Source of the DNA: Planctomycetota bacterium
GTDB lineage: Bacteria; Planctomycetota; SZUA-567; H5-PLA8
Direction: 5' to 3'
DNA length: 64,000 nt
Assembly (NCBI GenBank): GCA_038227875.1
Contig: JBBRPR010000041.1
Location: 13,811 to 77,810 of the forward strand
Shown here one piece after another: positions 9,141-18,465 of this stretch (position 1 is its first letter; the number at the start of each line of letters is the position of its first letter). Made by a program: the position numbers and the translations under genes. The notes under the pieces were generated by a model. It searched no databases. It worked only from the letters and a program-made list of their open reading frames with translations, and was not told the origin of the DNA.

Positions 9141-10586
9141 CTACAGACCGAGCGCTTTCATGCGTTCGGCGACCTTCCTTTTCACGTCGTTGTCCATCAC
9201 GATGTAGTTCGGCCATTCGCGGTCGAAGCCTTCGTCTTTCCATTTCTTCGTCGCGTCGAAACCGATCTTGCCCGTCCAGCCGTAGTGTGAACTGGCGTGA
9301 TCGAGAATGTCGGTCGGGCCTTTCACGATCTCGACGTCGCGGCTGAAATCGCAGTTGGCTCCGACGTGGAATAGCACTTCGTCCTGGTTCTGAACGTTCA
9401 CGTTTTCGTCGACGACCACGATCATCTTGGTGAACATGATCTGGCCCAGGCCCCAGATCGCGTGCATCAATTTGCGCGCGTGCTGCGGGTAGGTCTTCTT
9501 GATCGAGAAGAACGCGCAGTTGTGGAAGACGCCGAACTCCGGGAGGTTGTAGTCGACGATCTCCGGCAGCGTGAGCTGCAGAAACGGCAGGAAAATGCGT
9601 TCCGTGGCCTTACCGAGGTACGTGTCTTCCATCGGCGGCGTACCGACGACGATGGTCTGATAGATCGGGTTCTTGCGGTGCGTGATCGCGGTGACGTGGA
9701 AGACCGGGTAGTCGTCGGCGAGCGAATAAAATCCGGTGTGATCGCCGAACGGCCCTTCGCGGCGGCGTTCGCCGGGCTGCAGGTAACCTTCGACGATGAT
9801 TTCGGCTTCCGCAGGGACATGAAGATCGGGCTGCGAGACGCACGGCACCATCTCGACAGCTTTCTTGCGTAGAAAACCGGCGAGGAACATCTCGTCGATG
9901 CCCGGCGGCATCGGCGCGGTGGCGCTGTAGACGACGGCCGGGTCTCCACCGATGGCCACGGCGACAGGCATGCGCTGGTTGAGCTTCTCGAATTCGCGGA
10001 AGTGGCGCGCGCCATCGTGGTGCATGTGCCAGTGCATCGCGGCGGTGTTCTTGTCGTAAATCTGGATGCGGTACATGCCGCAGTTGGGCAGACCTTTTGG
10101 ATCGCGCGTGAAGACGTTGGTCAGCGTCAGGTAGCGGCCGCCGTCTTCCGGCCAGCATTTCAGCGCGGGAAGAATGCCGAGGTCGACGCGGTCGCCGGTC
10201 AGCACCACATCCTGGCAGGGCGCCGAACTGACTTTCTTCGGCGGAAATCCGGCGATCTTCATCAGCAGCGGGACCATCTTCAATTTTTCGACAATCGTTT
10301 CCGGCGGACGCTGGTGGAGCAGTGCGCGGATTTCCTTGCCGATGGCGTCGAGGTCCGTCACGCCCAGCGCCAGCGCCGTGCGTTCCAGCGTGCCGAAAAG
10401 GTTCGTGACCACCGGCATGCTCGAGCCTTCGACGCTTTCGAAAAACAACGCCGTGCCCTTCTTCTTCACCGTGCGATCGGCCCACTCGGTGATCTCGAGA
10501 ATCGGAGAGACTTTTTCTTTGACGCGAAACAATTCTCCGCGCGCTTCGACGGCACCGATGAATTCACGGAGATTATCAAAAGCCAT
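9141..10586 (-). CDS. ubiD: UbiD-family decarboxylase (MqnL-like, menaquinone biosynthesis)
   Basis: DNLREFI, WPEDGGRY, N-x-G-M-Y-R, EGPFGDHTGFY, GPTDILDH, GKIGFDATKK. Confidence 0.9.
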   Translation of the reverse strand: MAFDNLREFIGAVEARGELFRVKEKVSPILEITEWADRTVKKKGTALFFESVEGSSMPVVTNLFGTLERTALALGVTDLDAIGKEIRALLHQRPPETIVEKLKMVPLLMKIAGFPPKKVSSAPCQDVVLTGDRVDLGILPALKCWPEDGGRYLTLTNVFTRDPKGLPNCGMYRIQIYDKNTAAMHWHMHHDGARHFREFEKLNQRMPVAVAIGGDPAVVYSATAPMPPGIDEMFLAGFLRKKAVEMVPCVSQPDLHVPAEAEIIVEGYLQPGERRREGPFGDHTGFYSLADDYPVFHVTAITHRKNPIYQTIVVGTPPMEDTYLGKATERIFLPFLQLTLPEIVDYNLPEFGVFHNCAFFSIKKTYPQHARKLMHAIWGLGQIMFTKMIVVVDENVNVQNQDEVLFHVGANCDFSRDVEIVKGPTDILDHASSHYGWTGKIGFDATKKWKDEGFDREWPNYIVMDNDVKRKVAERMKALGL

Positions 10587-10686
10587 TTACGGGAGTCCTG
10601 AAGAGTTGAATTCGCACGTTCTGCATTGCTGGAGTGATTCTAGCGGTGCGTTGGCAACTGGATAGGAAATGTCGATCGCGTGAGCA

Positions 10687-10714
10687 GACCTTCGTGCCAG
10701 CTGGCACGGAGTTT
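10687..10714. repeat. 28-bp palindrome of the GACC..GGTC family (degenerate)
   Basis: GACCTTCGTGCC-AGCT-GGCACGGAGTTT. Confidence 0.55.
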
Positions 10715-10721
10715 CGCCAAT

Positions 10722-10754
10722 AAAAATCCCCCCACAGGATTTCTGTGGGGGGAT
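10722..10754 (-). terminator. Intrinsic terminator of lexA
   Basis: On the minus strand, stem atccccccacag/ctgtggggggat followed by a T run, about 28 nt after the lexA stop. Confidence 0.7.
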
Positions 10755-10781
10755 CGTCAGTGAATCCGAACGTCTGTACTC

Positions 10782-11390
10782 TTACGCCTTGCGCAGCAAA
10801 CCCTTGAACACGCCCTGAATCTTGCAGCGGTCGACGATAATTGGCGCCATTGTCGGGTTGGACGGTTGCAGGCGGATCTTGCCGTTTTCGCGGTAGAAGC
10901 GCTTGAGCGTGGCCTGGCCGTTCTCATCGAGGGCCACCACGATCTCGCCGTCGTTGGCGGTCTCGCGGCCTTCGACGACAATCAAGTCGCCGTCCATAAT
11001 GTGATCGTCAATCATGGAATCGCCCTTCACGCGGAGCATAAAGCTGTTCGGCTTGCAGCCGAATACTTCGCCCAGCGGAAGCTCTTCGGCAGTTTCGACC
11101 TGCACGGCTTCGATCGGCAAGCCCGCGGCGATCTCTCCCTTAATAGGGATCGTCTTGCGCGTCGTCTGCTCTTTCAAGAAGTTCGGTTCGATGATCTCAA
11201 CCGAGCGCGCTTCGTGTCGGCGGCGTCGAATCGCGTTCTTGCGTTCGAGCGCTTCGAGATGTTCAAACACGGTGATCGTCGACACACCGAGATCCTTAGC
11301 CAGCTCCGCGTACGTTGGCGAGAAGCCGTGCTCTTGCTGATAATTGTAAATCAGCCGCAGGATTTGAAGTTGTTTCGGCGTGTAGTTCAT
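10782..11390 (-). CDS. lexA: SOS repressor LexA
   Basis: N-terminal wHTH (TPKQ..IL..I...GFSPTYAEL), AAG cleavage site, V-K-G-D-S-M catalytic Ser, ATLKR catalytic Lys; start trimmed to ATG 11390. Confidence 0.95.
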   Translation of the reverse strand: MNYTPKQLQILRLIYNYQQEHGFSPTYAELAKDLGVSTITVFEHLEALERKNAIRRRRHEARSVEIIEPNFLKEQTTRKTIPIKGEIAAGLPIEAVQVETAEELPLGEVFGCKPNSFMLRVKGDSMIDDHIMDGDLIVVEGRETANDGEIVVALDENGQATLKRFYRENGKIRLQPSNPTMAPIIVDRCKIQGVFKGLLRKA

Positions 11391-11454
11391 GGTCCATTCC
11401 TCCGTGAAATTAGGCGAGATTGAAATGTCTCGTTTGTGTTTAGCCAGCAATCAC

Positions 11455-11510
11455 CCTAACCGTCGCTAACATTATCCTAAATCGGTTATTTAGGCAAGAC
11501 AATTTAGGAT
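11455..11510. promoter_or_regulatory. Candidate LexA operator cluster
   Basis: Repeated CCTAA/TTAGG half-sites: direct pair GCTAAC-N5-CCTAAA (11465-11481), inverted CCTAAAT-N5-ATTTAGG (11476-11494), extra ATTTAGG 11502-11508. Confidence 0.55.
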
Positions 11511-11660
11511 TTTCTTGTGAGAAATTTGACCCCATTAGCGAAATCCGCCATGGGCAAAGGACTTATAGCGCTATTTAAGCTGTTAAGTTACGGGTGTTTT
11601 TTCGGCGTTCGTTCGAAAGATGTTTGGCTAAAGAGCCCGTTGTTAGGCTCCCAATGCCGC

Positions 11661-13610
11661 TTATTTGCCGCTCAATTTACGCAGATCGCCGACGCGTTGC
11701 GTGAACTTGATGCGATCGAAAAACTCCACGAGCGGGATCACATATTTGCGGTTCATCCCTAAGTGTTGGCGAATCTCCGATGTGGTGCGCTCGCTTTTTT
11801 CTGTGAACAGCTTCCCCAATTCGCTCTGCGCCCGTTCGATGGACTCGCGGTGAAAATAAAATTCGCTTGTCGCTTCCACGATTGCGCGCGTGTCGATCAG
11901 GAAGCGCACAATTTCTTTGAGCGTTTTGGGCGGAACGTTGAGCTGCGCCTGGATTTCCGGCAGCGTCGGCGGCGCGAGCGCGCCGGTTTTCAGCGCGGTC
12001 TCCAGTTTCTGCGCCGTCGCGGCCAGCGCGCCTTCCAGTTTCCGTTCGCGGCCGGGCAGCGCGATCAGATTCGATTCGGCCTTGATCGTCTGCTGTTGGT
12101 GCAGCAACTCCAGCAACGCATCGAGATGCGCTTCAAGCTCCGCGCCGGCTTTCACTTTCAGTCGCGCTTTGAGTTCCGGGCGCTCAATGCCGCCGAGCGC
12201 CGGATGCTCCTTGAGAAATTCCTGAATGCAGGCAACCGCCGCCGCGCCGAGCGTTTTAAGCAGCGCGCTGGACAGGTAAACCGCTCCCGCGCCCGGCTTA
12301 AGCGCAAACACGCGCGCGTCTTTAAGAATCGGCGCAAGATAGCCAGTCAGCTGTGCGGGGAGAACGCCGAGTTCCGCGCAGAGTTCCCGGACAGACTTCG
12401 GCAACCGCGACGTCCACAGGATGTGCTCCAGCAATTTTTGAGGTGCGTCGAGTTTCGCCAATCTTGCCGCGAGGTCCGTGATCACCGCCGGATCGGAGCG
12501 CTTGCGTTTGAGCGCCACGACATCGACGACGCGGCCGCCGCCGAGTGTCACCATCGGCGTCTGATGGCGCAAAATATAGTGATCGCCGGGCGCGAGGACC
12601 GTCGCGTCTTCCAGCAGGATCTGGATCCAGCCCGATTGCCCCGGCGGCAGCGCATCGCCTTCCAGGACGAGCACCTTTCCCTGGATCTCGGCGGTGCCGG
12701 CGTGAAAGCGGACCGGCGCGCGGTGTTTCAGCGGCCACGGCGAACTGGCGAGATGCTGCAAGTGGGCCGTGATCAATTTTGTCGGCTCGAAAATCTCCGG
12801 CGTCGCGGCGACCATGCCGCGGACGATCTCGCGCTTGTCGATTTCCGGGCCGTGCAGGTTAACGGCCGTTGAATGCCCGGCGTGTCCCTGTTCAATCGCC
12901 AGTTTGTACGCGTGCAATCCTTTGACGCGGCCGGAGTATTTCGGCGGCAGGACTTCCAGTGTATCGCCGATCTTCACCTGACCCGAGAGCGGCACGCCGG
13001 TCACAACAGTGCCAAATCCTTCCTTGGCAAAGACGCGCTGGATCGGCATCCGGAACGGTCCGTCGGCCGCGCGGCGCGAAAGTCTGGGTAGCGACTGATC
13101 GAGCTGCTTGCGCAATTCCGGTATGCCGGCGCCGGTCCTGGATGAGACGGGCAGAATCGGCTTGCCCTCGAGCACGCTGCCGGCAACCAGAGTCTTCACG
13201 TCGTCGATGACCATCTCCAGCACATCGGGATCCGCCAGATCTGACTTGGTGATCACCGTCAGCCCGTCGCGCACGCCCAGGAGCTGGATGATCTGGAGAT
13301 GCTCGCGCGTCTGCGCCATCACGCCGTCGTCGGCGGCGACGACCAGCATCACGAAGTCGATCCCCGACGCGCCCGCGACCATGTTCTTGATGAACTTTTC
13401 GTGGCCGGGCACATCGATGATCCCGACGCGCATCCCGTTGCTCAGTTCCAGCGGCGCGAAGCCAAGGTCGATGGTGATGCCCCGTTCCTGCTCTTCCTTG
13501 AGCCGGTCGGGATGAATGCCCGTGAGTTGCTGCACAAGCGTGGACTTGCCGTGGTCGATGTGACCGGCCGTTCCGAGAACGACATTGAAAATTTGCGGCG
13601 TCGTGGGCAT
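11661..13610 (-). CDS. selB: Selenocysteine-specific elongation factor SelB
   Basis: GTAGHIDHGKS, DRLKEEQERGITIDLGF, DVPGHEKF, C-terminal winged helices ending RKYVIPLVEFFDR...RVGD.R. Confidence 0.95.
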   Translation of the reverse strand: MPTTPQIFNVVLGTAGHIDHGKSTLVQQLTGIHPDRLKEEQERGITIDLGFAPLELSNGMRVGIIDVPGHEKFIKNMVAGASGIDFVMLVVAADDGVMAQTREHLQIIQLLGVRDGLTVITKSDLADPDVLEMVIDDVKTLVAGSVLEGKPILPVSSRTGAGIPELRKQLDQSLPRLSRRAADGPFRMPIQRVFAKEGFGTVVTGVPLSGQVKIGDTLEVLPPKYSGRVKGLHAYKLAIEQGHAGHSTAVNLHGPEIDKREIVRGMVAATPEIFEPTKLITAHLQHLASSPWPLKHRAPVRFHAGTAEIQGKVLVLEGDALPPGQSGWIQILLEDATVLAPGDHYILRHQTPMVTLGGGRVVDVVALKRKRSDPAVITDLAARLAKLDAPQKLLEHILWTSRLPKSVRELCAELGVLPAQLTGYLAPILKDARVFALKPGAGAVYLSSALLKTLGAAAVACIQEFLKEHPALGGIERPELKARLKVKAGAELEAHLDALLELLHQQQTIKAESNLIALPGRERKLEGALAATAQKLETALKTGALAPPTLPEIQAQLNVPPKTLKEIVRFLIDTRAIVEATSEFYFHRESIERAQSELGKLFTEKSERTTSEIRQHLGMNRKYVIPLVEFFDRIKFTQRVGDLRKLSGK

Positions 13611-13843
13611 GGCTACGGGGTGATCGTAGTCCAAGATCTCTTGAAATGCGAGGCGCGCTTGCGCGCGAGGGGTCCGGAGTCATGTCTTCTGCATTCTGCT
13701 TCCCGCCTTCTCCTCACGACCGCGCGCTCCGGTAACATGTTCCGATTGCTCATGTTCCTTTGCAGCAGATTGCTGTATTTTCAAAATGGTGCACGCTTTT
13801 TCCTTGGTGCTGGCGTCTGCTAAAATACAATCAGGTTAGAACT

Positions 13844-16012
13844 ATGCAGATCGTTTACTGTGATACTTGCGGCTTGCGCATCCCTGACAAAGAGTTCGAA
13901 TCCGGTCGAGCAGTTAAGACGGGTGAACGAAATTTTTGTGAAAAGTGCGCGAAGAGGGCGGATGCCGGTCATCCCGCATTGGTGGGCGCACCTCCACCTG
14001 CCGCCAGGCCCTCCGCCGCGAACCTGACGCCGGCGCAGCGCTACGGCATCAATCACGCCGATATTACCGCTCGCGAGGCACGCACACTTCAAGGGCAGGG
14101 ACCTGGCGAAAAGCAGGCACAGAAGAACCTGCCGATGCTTCCGATTGCCGCTGGTGTCGGCGCCGTGGCAGTCCTGATCGCGGCGTTCGCTCTGAGCGGA
14201 AAAGGACCCAAGCCGAACACGACTAAGACGTCCGCGGACGACCAGGCGGCCAACATCGCTCCCGCGGGAGCACAGGTTGCCGACGAACATCGTGTCGCCG
14301 AACATTCGATTGCGCCCAAACCGGAACGGGACGCAGCGCCGGAAATTCCCGTTGTCGCCGGGCCCAACCCCGAGAAACTCGCCGACGAAGCGCTCAGTAA
14401 GGTGTTGAAATTCGAAGGACTTGCCGCCGAAGATCGGGCCGGTCGCATTAAAGCGTTGGACGGCTATATCGCGCTTCACGGAAACACGATGGTCTCCATG
14501 CGCGCGTTTCAAATGCTCAAGACGTTGCGCGCCGATGCCGATCGCGAGGAGCGGGAAGCAGCCCTCGCGGCTCAGATGCCCAATTCCGTGCTCACCGGCG
14601 GCGGCGGGGCGGGGCCCGGCGACGTGAGTGTCCCGGAAGCGCAGCGTCAACCTGGTGCGACGAAAGCGGAGGGCAAAGCCCTCAATTCGCCCCGGGAACA
14701 ACCCTTGGTTCCCGTGGCCGCCAAAAATGACAAACCGATTGCCGTTAAACCGGCGCCGGCCAGGAGCGCGGACGGCAAAGCCGTCGAGGACAAGCCGGCG
14801 TTCAAAAAAGTTGACGTGGAAGCAGAGAGTCCGCAAAAAATCGCCGAGCGCGTGGCGTTCGAGGCGGTGCGCAAGGAACTTGCGCCGGTGTTGCAGCAGC
14901 AGCGCTTTGGCGCGGCGCTGGAATTGCTGGACCGCAAACTGAACGACACGGCGATGGCGGATGTTAAGGATCGTCTGGAAGCAGAACGGACGGACGTCGC
15001 CGCCGTGATCCAGTTGCGCCAGCGCGCGCTGGATGCGCTTCACGAACTGGCCGGGAAGAAGATCACGCTCAAGCGCGGCAAGTCCGAACTCAGCGGCACA
15101 GTCATCGTCGATTCAGCCAAGCCGGGCATTGCCTTGAAGACCGACAGCGGCATGGAAATGGCATTCCTGCCGGAGCAACTCCAGGTGCAGGACATCGACG
15201 CTTTTGCACCGGCGAAAACCGGTGCGGAGCGCGGCAGCGACCTGCGCGAGCGCGGTCTGCTCTTTCTCGACATCAACGACTTGAATAAAGCTCAGGAGTT
15301 TTTCAAAGCGGCGCAGGAGGCCGGCGCGGACGTTTCCAAAGAACTCGCGCGCGTGACGGCCGCTGAGGACGAAGATCAGGAAGTTCGTGCGAAGCAGGAG
15401 TGGGCCAATGCGGAGTCCGCCTACGCACTGAAACGTTACGAGGCGGCGCAGAAGGCGTATCAGAACTTCAAAGCGACCTATGCGAAGACGCGTCTTTTTG
15501 CGCAGCTCGAAGTCCAATTGAAGCAGCGTCTCGATTCGATTGAGTTTTCGCTTCATCCACTGCAGGAAGGGTTGCACGGCGCGTTTTACAAGGGCAAGGA
15601 TTTCCGCGACGAAGACTTTCTGGCCGAACGCATCGACGGCAAAATCGAATTCAACTGGGACAGGCAAGCGCCCGGTCCCAACGTGCCGCGTGAACATTTT
15701 TGCGCGCGCTGGACGGGCGTGTTAAAGATCCTGGTCTCCGGCCGCTATACGATTTCGACCGTCGTCGACGACAACGCGCGCTTGACGATCGATGGCAAGC
15801 AACTGATCAACGATTGGGTCGAACAACATGCGGCGAAACAAATCAGCGGCACGATTGATCTCAATGAGGGTTATCACGATATCCGATTGGATTATTCGCA
15901 GGGATCGGGATTGGCGTCGCTGAAACTTCTATGGCGCCGGGAAGGAACCTCCGAAACCGTGGTTCCGCCTGAAGCGCTCTGGCACCGGACCACTCGACCG
16001 AACGACAAATAG
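13844..16012 (+). CDS. C4 zinc-finger single-pass membrane protein with C-terminal PA14 domain
   Basis: MQIVYCDTC-x22-CEKC, Pro/Ala linker, TM IAAGVGAVAVLIAAFAL, TPR-like helices, PA14 signature (RIDGKIEFNW..P....F.ARW.G...DD.ARL.IDGK.LI.DW...H). Confidence 0.75.
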   Translation: MQIVYCDTCGLRIPDKEFESGRAVKTGERNFCEKCAKRADAGHPALVGAPPPAARPSAANLTPAQRYGINHADITAREARTLQGQGPGEKQAQKNLPMLPIAAGVGAVAVLIAAFALSGKGPKPNTTKTSADDQAANIAPAGAQVADEHRVAEHSIAPKPERDAAPEIPVVAGPNPEKLADEALSKVLKFEGLAAEDRAGRIKALDGYIALHGNTMVSMRAFQMLKTLRADADREEREAALAAQMPNSVLTGGGGAGPGDVSVPEAQRQPGATKAEGKALNSPREQPLVPVAAKNDKPIAVKPAPARSADGKAVEDKPAFKKVDVEAESPQKIAERVAFEAVRKELAPVLQQQRFGAALELLDRKLNDTAMADVKDRLEAERTDVAAVIQLRQRALDALHELAGKKITLKRGKSELSGTVIVDSAKPGIALKTDSGMEMAFLPEQLQVQDIDAFAPAKTGAERGSDLRERGLLFLDINDLNKAQEFFKAAQEAGADVSKELARVTAAEDEDQEVRAKQEWANAESAYALKRYEAAQKAYQNFKATYAKTRLFAQLEVQLKQRLDSIEFSLHPLQEGLHGAFYKGKDFRDEDFLAERIDGKIEFNWDRQAPGPNVPREHFCARWTGVLKILVSGRYTISTVVDDNARLTIDGKQLINDWVEQHAAKQISGTIDLNEGYHDIRLDYSQGSGLASLKLLWRREGTSETVVPPEALWHRTTRPNDK

Positions 16013-16023
16013 CGCGGACACCC

Positions 16024-18348
16024 ATGCAGATCATCTATTGCGAAACGTGCGGCCACCGCATTCCTCAAGAAGACATCGACGCTGGCCGCATCGTCAGCGA
16101 TGAGTTCAAACACTACTGCCAGAATTGCATTCCGCGCGCCGAACCGCAGCGGCCCGCGGGCCGCTCCAGCCGCAAGATTGTATTGATTACACCGGCGCCG
16201 GCACCGGTTGCGCCGACCCCGCCGGCCCCGCCGTCCGGACCGGCGGAACGCAAGCCGTCGATGCCGCACCTGACGCCGTCGGCACGCCACACCAGCCACC
16301 CAATTTCGGCCGCGCACCCGATGCCCATGTTGCCCATCGCCCTCGGCATTGGCCTGCTGGTGATTGTGGCGCTGGCGGTATTTTCACTGGGATCAACACC
16401 CACGATAAAGAAGCCAGAGAGCGCCAGCGTCTCCGGGCCGGTCACAGCCCCCGCTCCGGCTACATGGCCCGAAAGCGCGAACGCGCGTAATCCCCGCAGC
16501 AACACCAGCACCGCGGCGAACTCCCATGTTGGCGGAACCGATGGCAAATATCCGCCCGATCCGGGGAAGTCTGATCCGCAAAAAGTCGCCGACGATGCGC
16601 TGACCGAAGTGCTGCATTGGGACGGTGTTCCGGAGAGCGATACTGCCGGACGCATCAAGCGGCTGGAGGAATTCGTGGCGCGCTTCAGCGACAGCAATGC
16701 CGCGGCGCGCGCGCAGTTGCTGCTGGTCAAATTGCACGCGGCTCCCACCACAACGGCGACGGAAGTAGCGTCGGCCGAAATCCCTCCGTCCGGTCCGGCC
16801 ACACCCGCAGCTCCGACTGGTGAACCGATTCCTCCGGCACCTCAGCCCGCGGCGCCCGCTGCAAAAACACCCGTGGCGGAGAAAGCGCCGGTTGACGATA
16901 CGCCCGCTGAAGTCAAGCCAGCTGACGGCGGCAAGCCCGCCGGGTCCGTGCCCGTGACCGTGGTTGCGGCGGTGCCCGAAGCCAATCCGGAACGCGAAGC
17001 CGTCGCGCTGCGGGATTGGGCCTCAGTGGTGCGACTGGCCGACGCGCGGAGTTTCAAGGTGCTGGACGATGCGCTGAACACTTTCACCAAGACCTATGTC
17101 GGCGCAAAGTTTCTTGAAGAGCACAGCGCGGAGATCCGGGCGGTGAGCGATTTCACCAAAGCGGCCACCACGGTCGATACCGGCATGGCCGGTTGGTGGA
17201 AATTCGATGAAGGCAACGGCAGCAAAACCGCCGATGCGTCCGGCAACAACAATGCCGGTGTGCTGAACGGCAAGCCGGTCTGGGGGCACGGAAAATACGG
17301 CAATGCCATCGGCTTCAATGGACAGACAGACTTTGTCAACATTCCCAATTCACCCTCGGTCGAACGCGTTCAGGAAGGCGAATACACCCTCTCCGCCTGG
17401 GTCAAACCTGAAGACCTGCCCAACGGAAAGGACAACAATTCACAGACCTACACGGTAGTGGCCAAGGCCGGTTTTCATTCCGGATTGTTTTACGAACGGC
17501 ACGGGAACTTCCTTGGCATTCATATGCTCGGTGAGAACGGGCAGTACGCCGTTTCGTTTCACGCGTACGCCCCCAAGGTCATGCATCACGTGGCCACGAC
17601 CGTGAGCCGCAGCGGCGGGGTGGAGCGGCTCTACGTGGACGGTATACTCGACGGCATTGCCCTGTGGAATGCCGCGGAGGGGCCGCGCGACTACGGTCAG
17701 GAAACGTGGAAGATCGGCATGGCTCAACCGGGGAACAAGGTCTACGGCTACCCCTTTAAAGGGGTAATCGATGATGTCCGGATCTACAACCGCGTCCTGT
17801 CGCCGGCGGAAATTGCGGTACTGGCGGAGATTCCGTTCAAAAAGTTTGCCCCACCGGAAATCCCCGGCACGGCCAAGTTCATCGGCATCGACGAAAACAC
17901 CCGCGGGAATTGGAAGGGCGTATATGGGAGCAACGGCTACCTGATTCCGTACGACAGCGATAACGCTCCAGCCTACGCCCAGATTATCGTAACGGGCGAA
18001 TCATCGTACTTGTGGGGCAATACGAAAGACCCTCGCGGGCTCCTGCATTCCATGGAACCGGACCGAGTGGCGGGCTGTTGGTTCTCCTATTCGGCGTTTA
18101 CCGTGGACGTCAATCTTACCGACGGGCGTATACACCGCATTGCGCTGTATTGTATCGATTGGGATGCCAAAGACCGCGCGGGAAAAGTGGATGTCATGGA
18201 CCTCGCCGGCAACGTGCTCGATTCCCGCGACATCGCCGACTACACCAAAGGCAAGTACATGACCTGGGACGTCAAAGGCCACGTGAAATTTGTCTGCCGT
18301 GCGACGAAAGCCAACTTCATCCTGAGCGGCGTGTTCTTCAATCAGTAA
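16024..18348 (+). CDS. C4 zinc-finger single-pass membrane protein with LamG-like domain plus terminal beta domain
   Basis: MQIIYCETC-x22-CQNC, TM IALGIGLLVIVALAVF, LamG/concanavalin (WKFDEG.G....D.SG...F.GVIDDVRIYNR.LS), extra C-terminal domain (D..T.G.W.GVYG..GY). Confidence 0.75.
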   Translation: MQIIYCETCGHRIPQEDIDAGRIVSDEFKHYCQNCIPRAEPQRPAGRSSRKIVLITPAPAPVAPTPPAPPSGPAERKPSMPHLTPSARHTSHPISAAHPMPMLPIALGIGLLVIVALAVFSLGSTPTIKKPESASVSGPVTAPAPATWPESANARNPRSNTSTAANSHVGGTDGKYPPDPGKSDPQKVADDALTEVLHWDGVPESDTAGRIKRLEEFVARFSDSNAAARAQLLLVKLHAAPTTTATEVASAEIPPSGPATPAAPTGEPIPPAPQPAAPAAKTPVAEKAPVDDTPAEVKPADGGKPAGSVPVTVVAAVPEANPEREAVALRDWASVVRLADARSFKVLDDALNTFTKTYVGAKFLEEHSAEIRAVSDFTKAATTVDTGMAGWWKFDEGNGSKTADASGNNNAGVLNGKPVWGHGKYGNAIGFNGQTDFVNIPNSPSVERVQEGEYTLSAWVKPEDLPNGKDNNSQTYTVVAKAGFHSGLFYERHGNFLGIHMLGENGQYAVSFHAYAPKVMHHVATTVSRSGGVERLYVDGILDGIALWNAAEGPRDYGQETWKIGMAQPGNKVYGYPFKGVIDDVRIYNRVLSPAEIAVLAEIPFKKFAPPEIPGTAKFIGIDENTRGNWKGVYGSNGYLIPYDSDNAPAYAQIIVTGESSYLWGNTKDPRGLLHSMEPDRVAGCWFSYSAFTVDVNLTDGRIHRIALYCIDWDAKDRAGKVDVMDLAGNVLDSRDIADYTKGKYMTWDVKGHVKFVCRATKANFILSGVFFNQ

Positions 18349-18465
18349 GCCCAAATCAATTTCAGATATGTTTTCGCTAATCGCAAGCATTCCCAATAGT
18401 CCCTCCAAGAGGCATAATCAGCCCGTCTTCGTGAGAGTTTTAATACTACTGGAGGGAGTCGGACG

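Noticed and set aside
13844..13950. DksA/TraR or MJ0042 assignment for the N-terminal finger
   Set aside because: Spacer length and residues differ by eye; needs a profile search, so left unassigned
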